A stretch of 64,000 nucleotides of DNA from Trueperaceae bacterium (GCA_965213925.1 OZ243927.1:1792001-1856000); one strand, 5' to 3'; shown: positions 48,985-62,271, counted from the first letter of the stretch. A program made the numbers and translations. The notes: generated by a model from the sequence alone, not told the origin.

Positions 48985-51063
48985 ATGGCGGACATCAACC
49001 TGCGCGACCCGAGCCTCTACTTCAACCGCGAGCTGTCGTGGCTCAAGTTTAACGAGCGCGTGTTGGAAGAGGCGGTAGATGAGGACAACCCTCTTTTAGA
49101 GCGGCTTAAATTCCTAGCGATTTTTAGCACCAACTTAGACGAATTCATCATGATCCGCTACGCGGGTCTCAAGGAGCAGATATCGGCGGGCATCGTCTCC
49201 CCGAGCTTCGACGGCATGACGCCCGCCGAGCAAGTGAAAGCGGTTTCCGAAGAATTGCATCCGATGGTGACGCGCCACCGGCATATTTTGGCGAGGGAGG
49301 TGCTCCCCGCCCTAGAAGAGCACGGGCTCTTCGTCGTGCCGATGGAGAAACTTACGGACGCGGACTGCGAAGAGGTCAATGCGTACTTCGAGAGCGCGCT
49401 CTTTCCCGTACTAACGCCTTTAGCGGTGGATTCCGGGCATCCTTTCCCGAGGCTGCCGAACCTCTCCTTCTCGCTCATGCTAGAGCTTTACGACGAACTG
49501 CGTAACGAGAAGAAGACCGCCGTCGTGCAGGTCCCAAGCGTGTTGCCGCGCTTTTTACGTCTACCGGCGCAACGTGACGCGCCGCACCGTTTTGTGCTGT
49601 CCGAAGAGGTCATCCGGGCGAAGGTGGGGGCGCTCTTTCCGGGTCATGAGGTCTTGCGCGCGCACGCTTTTAGGCTCACGCGCAACGCGGATATCGAAAT
49701 CGCCGAGGACGAAGCCGACGACCTCTTGCAGGTGATTCAAGATGAGGTGCGCAAGAGGCGTTGGGGGGACGCGGTGAGGCTCGAGGTGTCTCAAGACATG
49801 CCCGGCGCATGGCGCGAGTATCTGCAGGAGACCTTGGAGTTGGAGGCGTTCGATGTTTACCGCGTCCCGAACTATTTAAGCGTTGCCGACTTTATGGAAC
49901 TCGCCCTGCTCAACATGCCCGAGCTGCGCTATCCACCTTTCAACACGCGCCTTCCTACCGAGTACCGAGGGACAAAAGACATCTTCTCTGTAGTGCGTGA
50001 GCAAGACGTGTTTATCCATCACCCTTTTCACGCCTTCGACTCGGTCCTCAACATGATTGAACAAGCCGCCGAAGACCCGAACGTCTTAGCGATTAAACAG
50101 ACCCTTTACCGCGTCGGCAACAAGTCGCCCGTGGTGGCGGCGCTCGCGAAGGCTGCGGGCAACGGCAAGCTCGTCACCGCGCTAGTCGAGTTAAAAGCCC
50201 GTTTCGACGAAGAGAACAACATCGTCTGGGCGCGGGAGTTGGAGCAGTCGGGCGTGCACGTCGTCTACGGCGTTATTGGTCTCAAAACCCACTGCAAGGC
50301 GCTCCTCATCGTGCGGCGCGAGGGCGACCAGATTCGCCGCTATGTGCACATGGGAACGGGCAACTACAACCCCGGTACGAGCACCATCTATACGGACTTC
50401 GCCCTGCTCTCTGCCGACCCCGACCTAGCAGCGGACACCTCGGAACTCTTCAACTACATTACAGGCTTCTCCAAACAGCACGCTTGGCGTAAACTCTGGA
50501 TCGCACCTGAGACGTTGCGAGAAAGGGTTTTAGAGGCGATTGAACGCGAAGAGGCGCACGCGAAAGCGGGCGAAAAGGGTCAGATTGTCGCTAAGATGAA
50601 CTCGCTCGTAGACCCAAAGGTGATTCGCGCCTTATATCGCGCCTCCCAAGCGGGCGTCGAAATCGACCTCATCGTGCGGGGGATTTGCTGCTTGCGTCCT
50701 GGCGTGAAAGGGGTGAGTGAAAAGATTCGCGTGCGGAGCATTGTCGGGCGGTTTTTGGAGCACTCGAGGGGTTTCTACTTCTACAATAACGGCAAAGAAG
50801 ACCTCTACATCGGCTCAGCCGACTGGATGCAGCGCAACTTAAACCGCCGCGTCGAGGCAGTCTTCCCAATCGAAGACTCACGGCTCAAGAAGAAAGTGAT
50901 GCAAGTTTTCAATTTAGCTTTGCGCGACAACGAGAAGGCTAGGGAGTTGCAAGCGGACGGATGTTATACGCCCGTTAAGCGAAAAGTCGGGCAGAAGCGC
51001 CTCAACTCGCAAGAGCGGCTCTTGGAGCTTTCGGCGCGGCGCTTGGCGCAGGTGGGGCGTTAA
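48985..51063 (+). CDS. ppk1: Polyphosphate kinase 1
   Basis: NRELSWLKFN, VELKARFDEENN, KTHCK, GTGNYN, GRFLEHSR. Confidence 0.97.
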   Translation: MADINLRDPSLYFNRELSWLKFNERVLEEAVDEDNPLLERLKFLAIFSTNLDEFIMIRYAGLKEQISAGIVSPSFDGMTPAEQVKAVSEELHPMVTRHRHILAREVLPALEEHGLFVVPMEKLTDADCEEVNAYFESALFPVLTPLAVDSGHPFPRLPNLSFSLMLELYDELRNEKKTAVVQVPSVLPRFLRLPAQRDAPHRFVLSEEVIRAKVGALFPGHEVLRAHAFRLTRNADIEIAEDEADDLLQVIQDEVRKRRWGDAVRLEVSQDMPGAWREYLQETLELEAFDVYRVPNYLSVADFMELALLNMPELRYPPFNTRLPTEYRGTKDIFSVVREQDVFIHHPFHAFDSVLNMIEQAAEDPNVLAIKQTLYRVGNKSPVVAALAKAAGNGKLVTALVELKARFDEENNIVWARELEQSGVHVVYGVIGLKTHCKALLIVRREGDQIRRYVHMGTGNYNPGTSTIYTDFALLSADPDLAADTSELFNYITGFSKQHAWRKLWIAPETLRERVLEAIEREEAHAKAGEKGQIVAKMNSLVDPKVIRALYRASQAGVEIDLIVRGICCLRPGVKGVSEKIRVRSIVGRFLEHSRGFYFYNNGKEDLYIGSADWMQRNLNRRVEAVFPIEDSRLKKKVMQVFNLALRDNEKARELQADGCYTPVKRKVGQKRLNSQERLLELSARRLAQVGR

Positions 51064-51206
51064 GCTTTAGCCTCGAAGCGTGTGACTTCCTATCGTAGTA
51101 ATTTTGTTAGAACACTAGAGCGAACGGCCGCAGGTATTATCACAAAGGTGTGAGCTAAACATCGCTTTGTAGAGTGAGAGCGTTTATGACCAGATAATAC
51201 CTGCTA

Positions 51207-51455
51207 TCACGCCTGAATCGGACCACGCGGTACGCTTTCTAGCTCCTCTTCATCACCATCCGCCACCGCGTACCCCGTCTGCAAGCCCATCAGATACCCG
51301 AGCTTGAGCATGAACATGATCGTGTCGGCGTCCCCTTGCGCGATGCGCTCTAAAACGTACTCCCTCGTCCCTTCGGGCAGTTCGACGCCAGCAATGTCCT
51401 CATCATGGCGTTCAGCCATCTCTTCTAAAAAGGCGCGGATGGCTTCTTTACTCAT
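51207..51455 (-). CDS. ddrH: DdrH-like small protein
   Basis: LPEG...GDADTIMFMLKLGYLMGLQTGYA resembles Deinococcus DdrH (from memory). Confidence 0.6.
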   Translation of the reverse strand: MSKEAIRAFLEEMAERHDEDIAGVELPEGTREYVLERIAQGDADTIMFMLKLGYLMGLQTGYAVADGDEEELESVPRGPIQA

Positions 51456-51852
51456 TTTCTGCTCCTACCGTGTCTTGCTCCAACTGCTCCTCCAACCACG
51501 CGATGATCGCCTCGGCGCTCCCTAAGTTCGTCGCAAGCGGTATCTCGTGAACGTCACAGATGCGCATCAGGGCGGATACGTCGGGCTCGTGCGGCTGCGC
51601 GGTCAAGGGGTCGCGGAAGAAGATTACCGCCATGACCTTCTCCTCGGCGATACGTGCGCCGACTTGCAAGTCGCCCCCTTGCGGACCGGACATGAGCCTC
51701 TCCACCTTGAGGTGGCTTTTCGTTTCCAACATGCCGCCCGTGGTGCTCGTGGCGATGAGGGGGAACTTTCGCAAGATGTCGGCGTGGTCTTTAGCGAAGA
51801 TGGCAAGGTCCAACTTCTTCTTGTCGTGTGCGATTAGAGCGACGGCTTTCAT
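51448..51852 (-). CDS. mgsA: Methylglyoxal synthase
   Basis: ALIAHDKKK, SGPQGGDLQ, DPLTAQPHEPDV. Confidence 0.96.
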   Translation of the reverse strand: MKAVALIAHDKKKLDLAIFAKDHADILRKFPLIATSTTGGMLETKSHLKVERLMSGPQGGDLQVGARIAEEKVMAVIFFRDPLTAQPHEPDVSALMRICDVHEIPLATNLGSAEAIIAWLEEQLEQDTVGAENE

Positions 51853-51944
51853 GCTTTAGTGTACGGCACTTTGGTTGAGGGGGCTGTCTGTGGAGAGGTT
51901 CAGCCTTGAGGCGATGCTAAAGTTGAGCTAAGAGAGATAGAGAA

Positions 51945-52178
51945 GTGCAAATCAACCTTACAGATGCTAAAGCGCACCTATCCAAGCTGATTGAAAGAGC
52001 CCTAGCAGGTGAAGAGGTCGTCATCAGCAAGCGCGGCGAGCCGCTGGTCAAGCTCGTACCTTATGAACATGACACCAGCCCCCGCGATATGAGCGTCCGC
52101 ATTTGGGAGGGTGAGGTGTGGATGGCGGAGGATTTTGACGAGTTGCCTGAAGACCTCTTGAAGATGTTTGCGGGATAG
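51945..52178 (+). CDS. Phd/YefM family antitoxin (orphan)
   Basis: AKAHLSKLIERALAGEEVVISKRGEPLVKLVP...DFDELP. Confidence 0.88.
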   Translation: MQINLTDAKAHLSKLIERALAGEEVVISKRGEPLVKLVPYEHDTSPRDMSVRIWEGEVWMAEDFDELPEDLLKMFAG

Positions 52179-52196
52179 ACTCGAGCGACCTTCTTT

Positions 52197-52889
52197 CTAT
52201 TGAAACAAATCAGGTAACTGCTCGATTGGAATCCCCAGCTCCTCAAGTTTCGTTATCAAGATGGTTAGATTGGCTCCCCACTGTGTAGCTCTGCCAATTC
52301 CACGCGAAGCCCTCTGTAGCATTTTGAATGATCTGCTAATTTTCCTCGCGTCAGGCTCACTACTTTTAACCTCTTCTTGTAGCACTTCCAAAATATCAGC
52401 GGCATCCTCCTGTTTCTCGTCGGGTAGTTCTGCAAGATTTCTTCTAAGCTGCCCGAGCAAGCCGATAATTTCAGCCGAGTTAGCGTTAATATTCTGAGTG
52501 ACGTTGGCTATACTATTCGGACCAGTTTGTAAAGCTCCAACAGGTCCGTTGATAGTTATTACCTGAGATGGGTTCCCAGTTTGAGGTTGTATATCTTGTT
52601 CTACTGAAGTTGGAGTACCTGAACGATAAGCCTCGACGTCTCTATATGCCTTGCCAGTAATTGAAAACGTTTTTACATTGCTTGCTGTGTCGTTTGTGGA
52701 CAGGTACGAGTTCCTGACAAGGATTTCCAATTGATGTCTATCCACTCGAGCTATAGGATTTGAGCCTTCAATTATAAAATCTCCATTGCCGAACCATACT
52801 TCGAATTGCTCGCGTATTTCTCCAGACTTCGCTTTATATACTAATTGGACTAAGAACTCAGTCGTTGTTCGATTCAAATTTCCTATCAC
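52197..52889 (-). CDS. Hypothetical low-GC protein
   Basis: 230-aa ORF; TATAAT 6 nt before the GTG. Confidence 0.65.
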   Translation of the reverse strand: MIGNLNRTTTEFLVQLVYKAKSGEIREQFEVWFGNGDFIIEGSNPIARVDRHQLEILVRNSYLSTNDTASNVKTFSITGKAYRDVEAYRSGTPTSVEQDIQPQTGNPSQVITINGPVGALQTGPNSIANVTQNINANSAEIIGLLGQLRRNLAELPDEKQEDAADILEVLQEEVKSSEPDARKISRSFKMLQRASRGIGRATQWGANLTILITKLEELGIPIEQLPDLFQ

Positions 52890-53073
52890 CTGAAGATTAT
52901 AACTCTCGAGCCACTTTTCTTTAGCTAATACAAACTAAAAGGGCATCTCTCGAGCCAACCCCACCTCTTTCCCAAAACTCAATTCTAGCGTCCCTCACAG
53001 CAAAAGTCCGTGATAAACTTCTCGCGAAAGAGGTCGAAAGTGGGGAAAACCTCGAAATCATGTAACTAGGGGG

Positions 53074-53103
53074 TTGACACGCTTCGGCTTAGGGGTGTAC
53101 ACT
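53074..53103 (+). promoter_or_regulatory. rRNA promoter
   Basis: TTGACA-18 nt-TACACT upstream of the 23S leader. Confidence 0.75.
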
Positions 53104-53226
53104 ATTTTTTGTCGCTCGAAAGAGCCGACAGCGAACAATGACAAGCGAATAAGAGTGATTGAGCATCCAAAAACGTAATTGAGTTTAGGCTCAAAAGCGT
53201 GTCTAGAATAGCTTTTATTGAAATAA

Positions 53227-56158
<2,932 letters not shown>

Positions 56159-56300
56159 TTATTCTGGACTTATTTTCAATCACTCTTATTCGTCATTGTC
56201 GCAACTTTGAGGTTTAGTCGAATTGAGGACCACTATGTTTTAGAACTTCGCGTTTTAGAACCTTTGCGTCCGAGATGAGATGATACCTCTCTATCTTTTT

Positions 56301-56416
<116 letters not shown>

Positions 56417-56434
56417 ATTTATTTCAAGACTCAT

Positions 56435-56470
56435 GAGGTGTTGCCCGCTTGGGTAGCGCCTCTTATTTTT
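56435..56470 (+). terminator. Intrinsic terminator after 5S
   Basis: GAGGTGTTGCCC-gctt-GGGTAGCGCCTC followed by a T-rich tract. Confidence 0.7.
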
Positions 56471-56555
56471 AAGCTGAATACATGGGTATCTGAAACGAAA
56501 AAATAGACACCGCAGTTTTGACTGATAGCGTCTTTTGATGGATGATACCCATCCT

Positions 56556-56631
<76 letters not shown>

Positions 56632-56638
56632 AAGAATT

Positions 56639-56668
56639 AAGGCTCCGTTTCTGACGGAGTCTTTTTTT
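56639..56668 (+). terminator. Intrinsic terminator after the tRNA
   Basis: AAGGCTCCGT-ttctg-ACGGAGTCTT plus a T-tract. Confidence 0.8.
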
Positions 56669-56740
56669 GTGTTTTATCCGCTTCAATCTTCTCTTCTCGA
56701 ATCTGCCCAATTTACGGTAAGCTAGCAAGAGGAGGACATC

Positions 56741-56872
56741 GTGGAAACGTTTATCGAAATTATGTTTTACAGCACGCTGGTCTTTGGTGGCATCACGGCG
56801 ACGGCGGCGGCATTTGTTTATGTCGGTCACCTCTTAGCGGAGGAAGCGGTAGAGCCGGAGGATGCGCACTAA
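56741..56872 (+). CDS. 43-aa single-TM small protein (not in the ORF track)
   Basis: GGAGG RBS, GTG; METFIEIMFYSTLVFGGITATAAAFVYVGHLLAEEAVEPEDAH. Confidence 0.6.
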   Translation: METFIEIMFYSTLVFGGITATAAAFVYVGHLLAEEAVEPEDAH

Positions 56873-56888
56873 GTTGGCGTAGTAAGGT

Positions 56889-57395
56889 GTGTTTCAGACT
56901 GTTCAACAATTTATAAAGAGTGACGCGCCGACGAAATCTCAAGCAGCGCTTAGTTTGCGCTTTGTTTTCGCGCTTGCGTTTTGGGGTCAGCTTAGTGTGG
57001 TGGTGGTGCTCTGGTTGGCGTTGCTGCTTTTTGTAGAACCGCTCGAGCGCCCCCTTCCCTTCACTAGCGAAGCGCTAATAGGATTAACGGTTCTTCAACT
57101 TTTTGTAGCGCTTTTCATAGGACGTTTAGTGGCGCACACAAATATCAACGCGAGAAACGTTCCTGAAAACGTACAAGAGGGCAAAGGCGGCGCTTTGTCC
57201 GCCGTGATTGCGCAAGGAGTGATTCTCTCGACGCCGGCTTGGTTTGCGCTCTTTGCGTGGCTTGTAGGAACTGAACTGCGCACCCTCCTTATTTTGTTGG
57301 CGGTGCTCGGATTCTACTATTTACTCGGATTTCTGTTTGCAGGTTCCTATACGCAGATGGCACTCTCGAGCCAGAAGAAACCGGCTGAATCTTAA
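56889..57395 (+). CDS. Hypothetical multi-TM membrane protein
   Basis: About four hydrophobic segments. Confidence 0.7.
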   Translation: MFQTVQQFIKSDAPTKSQAALSLRFVFALAFWGQLSVVVVLWLALLLFVEPLERPLPFTSEALIGLTVLQLFVALFIGRLVAHTNINARNVPENVQEGKGGALSAVIAQGVILSTPAWFALFAWLVGTELRTLLILLAVLGFYYLLGFLFAGSYTQMALSSQKKPAES

Positions 57396-57459
57396 ATTTG
57401 TGCCCAGCTCGAGCCTCATAACAATATTCTGACCCTAAGAACGTGGTAGAAATCAGGCT

Positions 57460-58005
57460 ATGACAGACATCTGGTCGCTCTTTTGGTCGTTTACCAAAGT
57501 CGGGCTCTTCGGCTTCGGTGGCGGACCTTCGATGATTCCACTGATTCAAGAAGAGGTCGTAGACGTGCAAGGCTGGCTCAGCCAAGAGGAGTTTTTAGAC
57601 GCTTTTGCGTTTGGTAATACGCTGCCCGGTCCGATTGCAACGAAGATGGCGGGGTATGTGGGCTATAAGGTCTCGGGCGTGGCGGGCGCGACGGCGGGCG
57701 TCGTCGGCGTCACCGTTCCCACCGTCATCGCGATGATTGCGCTCGGCGCACTCTATCTGCGCTACCGCGACGCGCCTATCTTTGAAAACTTCCTCAAGGG
57801 GGTGCGCCCTGTCGTGATTGCACTCTTGGCGCTCGTCGTCTATGAGTTTGCGCCGCGTGCGTTCGGCTCGCCTTCCGAATGGTTTGGCAACTGGGCGTTT
57901 TGGCTCTTAGCCATCGGCGCGTTTGTGTTGGCGGTCCGTTTCGATGTTCACCCTGCGCTTCTTATTGTCGTGGGCGGCGTAGTGGGTATCACTTTATTTC
58001 GCTAG
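57460..58005 (+). CDS. Short-chain chromate transporter (CHR family)
   Basis: FGFGGG, LPGPIAT, GY motifs. Confidence 0.9.
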   Translation: MTDIWSLFWSFTKVGLFGFGGGPSMIPLIQEEVVDVQGWLSQEEFLDAFAFGNTLPGPIATKMAGYVGYKVSGVAGATAGVVGVTVPTVIAMIALGALYLRYRDAPIFENFLKGVRPVVIALLALVVYEFAPRAFGSPSEWFGNWAFWLLAIGAFVLAVRFDVHPALLIVVGGVVGITLFR

Positions 58006-58014
58006 GAGCTATCT

Positions 58015-59598
58015 ATGTTCACCTATGACTTTCCCTACCTCTCACAGCGGATGCCCGTCTTGGCGCACAACGTCGTGGCGACGTCTCAACCTCTCGCGGC
58101 GCAAGCGGGTTTGCAGATGCTCAGCGCTGGGGGTAACGCCGTAGATGCGGCGCTCGCGGCGGCGATTGCGCTTACCGTCGTGGAGCCAACCTCGAACGGC
58201 GTCGGCTCGGACGCCTTCGCGATTCTATGGGACGGAGAAGAACTCGCCGGGCTCAACGCTTCGGGACGTTCACCTAAAGCGCTCACCAAAGAACGCTTTG
58301 AAAGCTTAGACTCGGTTCCGTTACGCGGTTGGGACGCGGTGACAGTTCCGGGTGCAGTTTCGTCGTGGGTCTCGCTCTCAGAGCGCTACGGCAAGCTCCC
58401 CTTTGAGGCACTCTTTGAGCCTGCGATTCGCTACGCGAGAGAGGGCTATCTTGTTTCGCCCATCACGGCTAAAGCCTGGTCCGTCGCGCCTAAAGTGTTC
58501 GGTGACTTTCCTGAATTCGCGGCTAAGTTCTTACCGAACGGGCGTGCCCCGCACGCGGGTGAGCTTTTTAGATACGAGGACCAAGCGAAAACTTTGGAGC
58601 GTATTGCTGAGACGAAGGGCGAAACCTTTTATCGAGGCGACTTGGCGCAGAGGATAGCGGCGCACGCGAAAGAAGCGGATGCCCTTCTTAACGAAGAGGA
58701 TTTAGCGGAGCACCGAGCGGATTGGGTTGAGCTTATCTCTCAAGATTACCGAGAGGTCACGCTCCACGAGATTCCACCCAACGGGCAAGGCTTGGCGGCG
58801 CTCCTCATGCTGGGAATCTTAGCGCATCATCCGGTCGCAGATTACCCAGTGGATTCGGCGGATAGCTTGCACGTGCAGCTCGAGGCGATGAAGCTCGCCT
58901 TCGCCGACGCCTACCGCTACGTCTCCGACGCGGATACGATGGATATGAGCTTGGAGAGGCTGCTCCACAGCGATTACCTGAAAGAACGCGCTGAAGAGAT
59001 CGACATGAAACGCGCTAAAAACCCACACTACGGCGTTCCTAAGCGCGGTGGCACGGTCTACCTCACGGCAGCGGACGCGGGCGGCATGATGGTCTCGTTT
59101 ATCCAGTCGAACTATTACGGCTTCGGCTCGGGCATCGTCGTACCGGGGACGGGGATTAGTTTACAAAATCGGGGTGCGGGCTTCACATTGCAAGAGGGTC
59201 ATCCGAATCAAGTGGCGGGCGGCAAACGTCCTTTTCATACGATTATTCCTGGCTTCTTGACGCAAAACGGACAGCCGTTGATGAGCTTCGGCGTGATGGG
59301 CGGACCGATGCAGCCGCAAGGTCACGCGCAGATGGTGATTCGGCTGTGTGACTATGGACAGAACCCGCAGGCGGCGAGCGACGCTCCGCGTTGGCGGGTG
59401 GCGGGCGGCTTAGAGGTCCACGTAGAGCCAGGCTTCAAGCCTGATGTTTTAGACGAACTCCGCAGCCGAGGGCATAAGGTTAAAGTGGAGGGTTCGGCGT
59501 TTGGGGGCTTTGGTGGGGCGCAACTTATTTATAGGCTCGAGGATGGCTACCTCGCCGCTTCGGACAGCCGCAAAGACGGACAGGCGGTAGGCTTCTGA
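58015..59598 (+). CDS. ggt: Gamma-glutamyltransferase family protein
   Basis: GGNAVDAA, VPGAV, GTVYLTAAD, KRPFHTIIP, GVMGG. Confidence 0.94.
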   Translation: MFTYDFPYLSQRMPVLAHNVVATSQPLAAQAGLQMLSAGGNAVDAALAAAIALTVVEPTSNGVGSDAFAILWDGEELAGLNASGRSPKALTKERFESLDSVPLRGWDAVTVPGAVSSWVSLSERYGKLPFEALFEPAIRYAREGYLVSPITAKAWSVAPKVFGDFPEFAAKFLPNGRAPHAGELFRYEDQAKTLERIAETKGETFYRGDLAQRIAAHAKEADALLNEEDLAEHRADWVELISQDYREVTLHEIPPNGQGLAALLMLGILAHHPVADYPVDSADSLHVQLEAMKLAFADAYRYVSDADTMDMSLERLLHSDYLKERAEEIDMKRAKNPHYGVPKRGGTVYLTAADAGGMMVSFIQSNYYGFGSGIVVPGTGISLQNRGAGFTLQEGHPNQVAGGKRPFHTIIPGFLTQNGQPLMSFGVMGGPMQPQGHAQMVIRLCDYGQNPQAASDAPRWRVAGGLEVHVEPGFKPDVLDELRSRGHKVKVEGSAFGGFGGAQLIYRLEDGYLAASDSRKDGQAVGF

Positions 59599-59783
59599 AG
59601 GCGAAGCGCGTCCGCACGAAGCGGTGCGAGAGCTGCGAGCAGGAGAGGGATACGCTCTACCGCATTCAAAATAGTGAGACGGATGGGTGGATATTCGTCT
59701 GTATTGACTGCTTACCAAAGTTCAAAGAGGATGAGCCGACATATGTGTACGGTGGGACGTGGAAGGCGCGGAAGCGGCACTGA
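59595..59783 (+). CDS. 62-aa CxxC...CxxC zinc-finger protein with a YGGTWK tail; probable CTG start overlapping the ggt stop
   Basis: KRCESC...TLYRIQ...WIFVCIDC...YVYGGTWKARKRH. Confidence 0.65.
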   Translation: MKAKRVRTKRCESCEQERDTLYRIQNSETDGWIFVCIDCLPKFKEDEPTYVYGGTWKARKRH

Positions 59784-59867
59784 ATAACAGAACACTCTGG
59801 AGCAAGGTGATGGTTTTCCGTCACGGACGATAATTGCGGAGAGTGGTAAAAAGAGTTGAGAAGTCTT

Positions 59868-60425
59868 ATGTGCCCAAGAAGATTCGCTATCGTTTTCCTG
59901 TACCTCACGCTTTTAAGTGCTCTATCGGGTTGCTCTTTCGACATCAACTATAGTGACAAGGCAATGATTCGACATTTTCAGAAGAACGAACAGCTATTTA
60001 ATGAATTAGCAACAAGCGCTCTGCGGGCGAATGATCTAAGAATTTTGAGGTCCTGTGACGGTCCACCGTGCTACCGAAACAGAGCGACTGAAACCTACTA
60101 TGCCATTTTGGAAGACGGTGAAAGGGTTGAAACCGGATTCGGTAATCTGTCAGAAATCATGAATACTTTGGACCTTGCGTCTCTCGATATAGAACACGGT
60201 GGCTATAAAAAAGAAGTATACATGAGACGATCCAAAAGAAGGGAGATGACACTTTTCGATCCAGAATCGAGCTACGCAGTAAAAGGCTATCTTTACTCTA
60301 CAGAACCTGTAGACCCTAACAGGCTTGAAGATAAATTAGAAAGCAGCTCGTTATACAATAACGATTTAAGATTCAGACATATCGCTGGTTCCTGGTACTT
60401 ATATATAAGCATCGATGTATCGTAA
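59868..60425 (+). CDS. Hypothetical lipoprotein, low GC
   Basis: Signal peptide with LSGC lipobox; C-terminal RHIAGSWYLY. Confidence 0.7.
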   Translation: MCPRRFAIVFLYLTLLSALSGCSFDINYSDKAMIRHFQKNEQLFNELATSALRANDLRILRSCDGPPCYRNRATETYYAILEDGERVETGFGNLSEIMNTLDLASLDIEHGGYKKEVYMRRSKRREMTLFDPESSYAVKGYLYSTEPVDPNRLEDKLESSSLYNNDLRFRHIAGSWYLYISIDVS

Positions 60426-60438
60426 AAACTGCTAACCT

Positions 60439-60909
60439 CTATTCGTCTAAACTCTCCTCAACCGCCCCAATCATCTCATCCATAAAGGTCAAAATGACTC
60501 TCTTTTCAGATGTCTCGAGTGCGTCAAGCGTTCGCCCTAACCTTTCAAAAAGCGCAAGAGGTCGTTTTACACTCTGGGCGTCTTGCTCCACATAGTGCAT
60601 CAGCACCTTGCGCCTATCACTCGGATGAGGGGCGCGATTGGTAAACCCTCTTTCCTCCAATCTGTCCAAGAGCCGCGTCACCGCGCCCGAACTTAGCCCG
60701 ACGCGCTCGCCGACCTCTTTGGGCGTAAGCGGTCCGTCTAAACGCAAGTGCTCGCACACCAAAATTTCGGTGAGGGTGAAACCCGTGTCCTCGGCAACCT
60801 TGGCGCTCATCGTGAGGAGCATCGCGTTGAGCCGCTGAAAGGCTGCTTGGACCTCTTCGTCTACGTTGCTGTTTTGTGCAGTAATTTGATATTTCAGCTT
60901 CTTTGTCAT
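60439..60909 (-). CDS. MarR family transcriptional regulator
   Basis: LSSGAVTRLLDRLEERGF...DRRKV; TATAAT 6 nt before the ATG. Confidence 0.92.
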   Translation of the reverse strand: MTKKLKYQITAQNSNVDEEVQAAFQRLNAMLLTMSAKVAEDTGFTLTEILVCEHLRLDGPLTPKEVGERVGLSSGAVTRLLDRLEERGFTNRAPHPSDRRKVLMHYVEQDAQSVKRPLALFERLGRTLDALETSEKRVILTFMDEMIGAVEESLDE

Positions 60910-61007
60910 ACAATCATTATAGAGGTTTGGGGAAGCTCGAGCCTCAACTCATGAGGAGGGATAAAGCAAGTTAGAGGTTAAAAGTCCAAGCTCGAGGAGG
61001 TCAAACG

Positions 61008-61658
61008 GTGAATGTTAGAGAACAAAAGGTTACGCAAGTCGCGCCGCGAGAAGAGTTCGAAGTAGAGCATCCCGGAGACCAAAAGCCGAAACGCTGGCGC
61101 TGGTATCACGGGCTGCTCGCTTACGCCGCTACTGAAGTTATTAGCTATGGGCTCGGCAAGCTCGCGGAGCGCTCTACGGGAAACAAGACGGATAGAGAGG
61201 CACAAGACCCTTTCTACGAGAGCCTCAAGCAACCCATTTACGCGCCGCCAGGTCCGGCATTTCCTGTTGTTTGGGCGGTGAACAATACGGCTCGAGTCTC
61301 CGGGCTAGTCCGCGTTCTCAACAAATCCACAGAGACGCCGGGACGGAGCGCTTACCTCGCCTTGCAAGGGACCTCACTCCTCAACTACGCCTCCTTTAAC
61401 GCGGCTTACTTCGGGCTTCGCTCGCCGAGGCTGGGCGCGGCGATGACGGTGGCGGACCTCGGGCTGGCGGTCGCGAGTGGTTACGTTGCGCTCGAGAAGC
61501 TCGAGGACTCTAAAGTTGCCGCTTCGCTCTCGACCCTTATGCCCTGGCTCGCTCTCGCCGCCGCAGTCTCGGTGCCCGTCGCGCTGTGGAACGAAGACAG
61601 GTTTTACAGCGCGTCGCCTTGCCTAGACGCGCCCAAAGGGTGGGTCAAAGAAGCGTGA
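61008..61658 (+). CDS. TspO/MBR family protein
   Basis: YESLKQPIYAPPGPAFPVVW, PWLALA. Confidence 0.85.
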   Translation: MNVREQKVTQVAPREEFEVEHPGDQKPKRWRWYHGLLAYAATEVISYGLGKLAERSTGNKTDREAQDPFYESLKQPIYAPPGPAFPVVWAVNNTARVSGLVRVLNKSTETPGRSAYLALQGTSLLNYASFNAAYFGLRSPRLGAAMTVADLGLAVASGYVALEKLEDSKVAASLSTLMPWLALAAAVSVPVALWNEDRFYSASPCLDAPKGWVKEA

Positions 61659-61795
61659 ACCTCTCCGCCCTAGAGGGGAGCTGACGGTATCCTCACTCAA
61701 AGTCAGATTACAGTCATCTTGCCAGTCTGCGTTACCCTAGTTGTATAGACGGACCTCGCCTTAAACGTGAGGTTCATATCAGAAGGGAGCAGCAC

Positions 61796-62224
61796 ATGGC
61801 AGGAGCGAAAGATGGCGACACCGTCAAAGTACACTATCAAGGGACGTTAGAGGACGGCACCGTCTTCGATTCGTCAAAGGACCGCGAGCCCTTAGAATTC
61901 ACGCTCGGCGGCGGCAACATTATCGCGGGGTTTGAAGAGATTGTGACGGGGATGGAGACGGGGGAGACGAAGTTGGAGCGCATCCCCGCCGAAAAAGCCT
62001 ATGGGCAGCGCCGCGACGACATGGTGATGGAGGTGGACCGTCAGCAAGTCCCGAATGAAATCGACCTGCAGCTCGGTCAGCAGCTTCAGGTGCGCCAGGA
62101 GAGCGGACAAGCTGTACCTGTAACGGTCACGGAGCTTTCGGAGAACACGGTGACGCTCGACGCAAACCACCCGTTAGCAGGCAAAGACTTGATGTTCGAG
62201 ATCGAACTCATAGAGATCGTTTAA
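61796..62224 (+). CDS. FKBP-type peptidyl-prolyl isomerase (SlyD-like)
   Basis: GDTVKVHY, VFDSS, AYG, LDANHPLAGKDL. Confidence 0.95.
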   Translation: MAGAKDGDTVKVHYQGTLEDGTVFDSSKDREPLEFTLGGGNIIAGFEEIVTGMETGETKLERIPAEKAYGQRRDDMVMEVDRQQVPNEIDLQLGQQLQVRQESGQAVPVTVTELSENTVTLDANHPLAGKDLMFEIELIEIV

Positions 62225-62236
62225 GGTTACATCCAA

Positions 62237-62271
62237 AAGAGCGCTCAGCGAATAGGTTGAGCGCTCTTCTT
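62237..62271. terminator. Intrinsic terminator
   Basis: AAGAGCGCTCAGC-gaatag-GTTGAGCGCTCTT. Confidence 0.75.
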
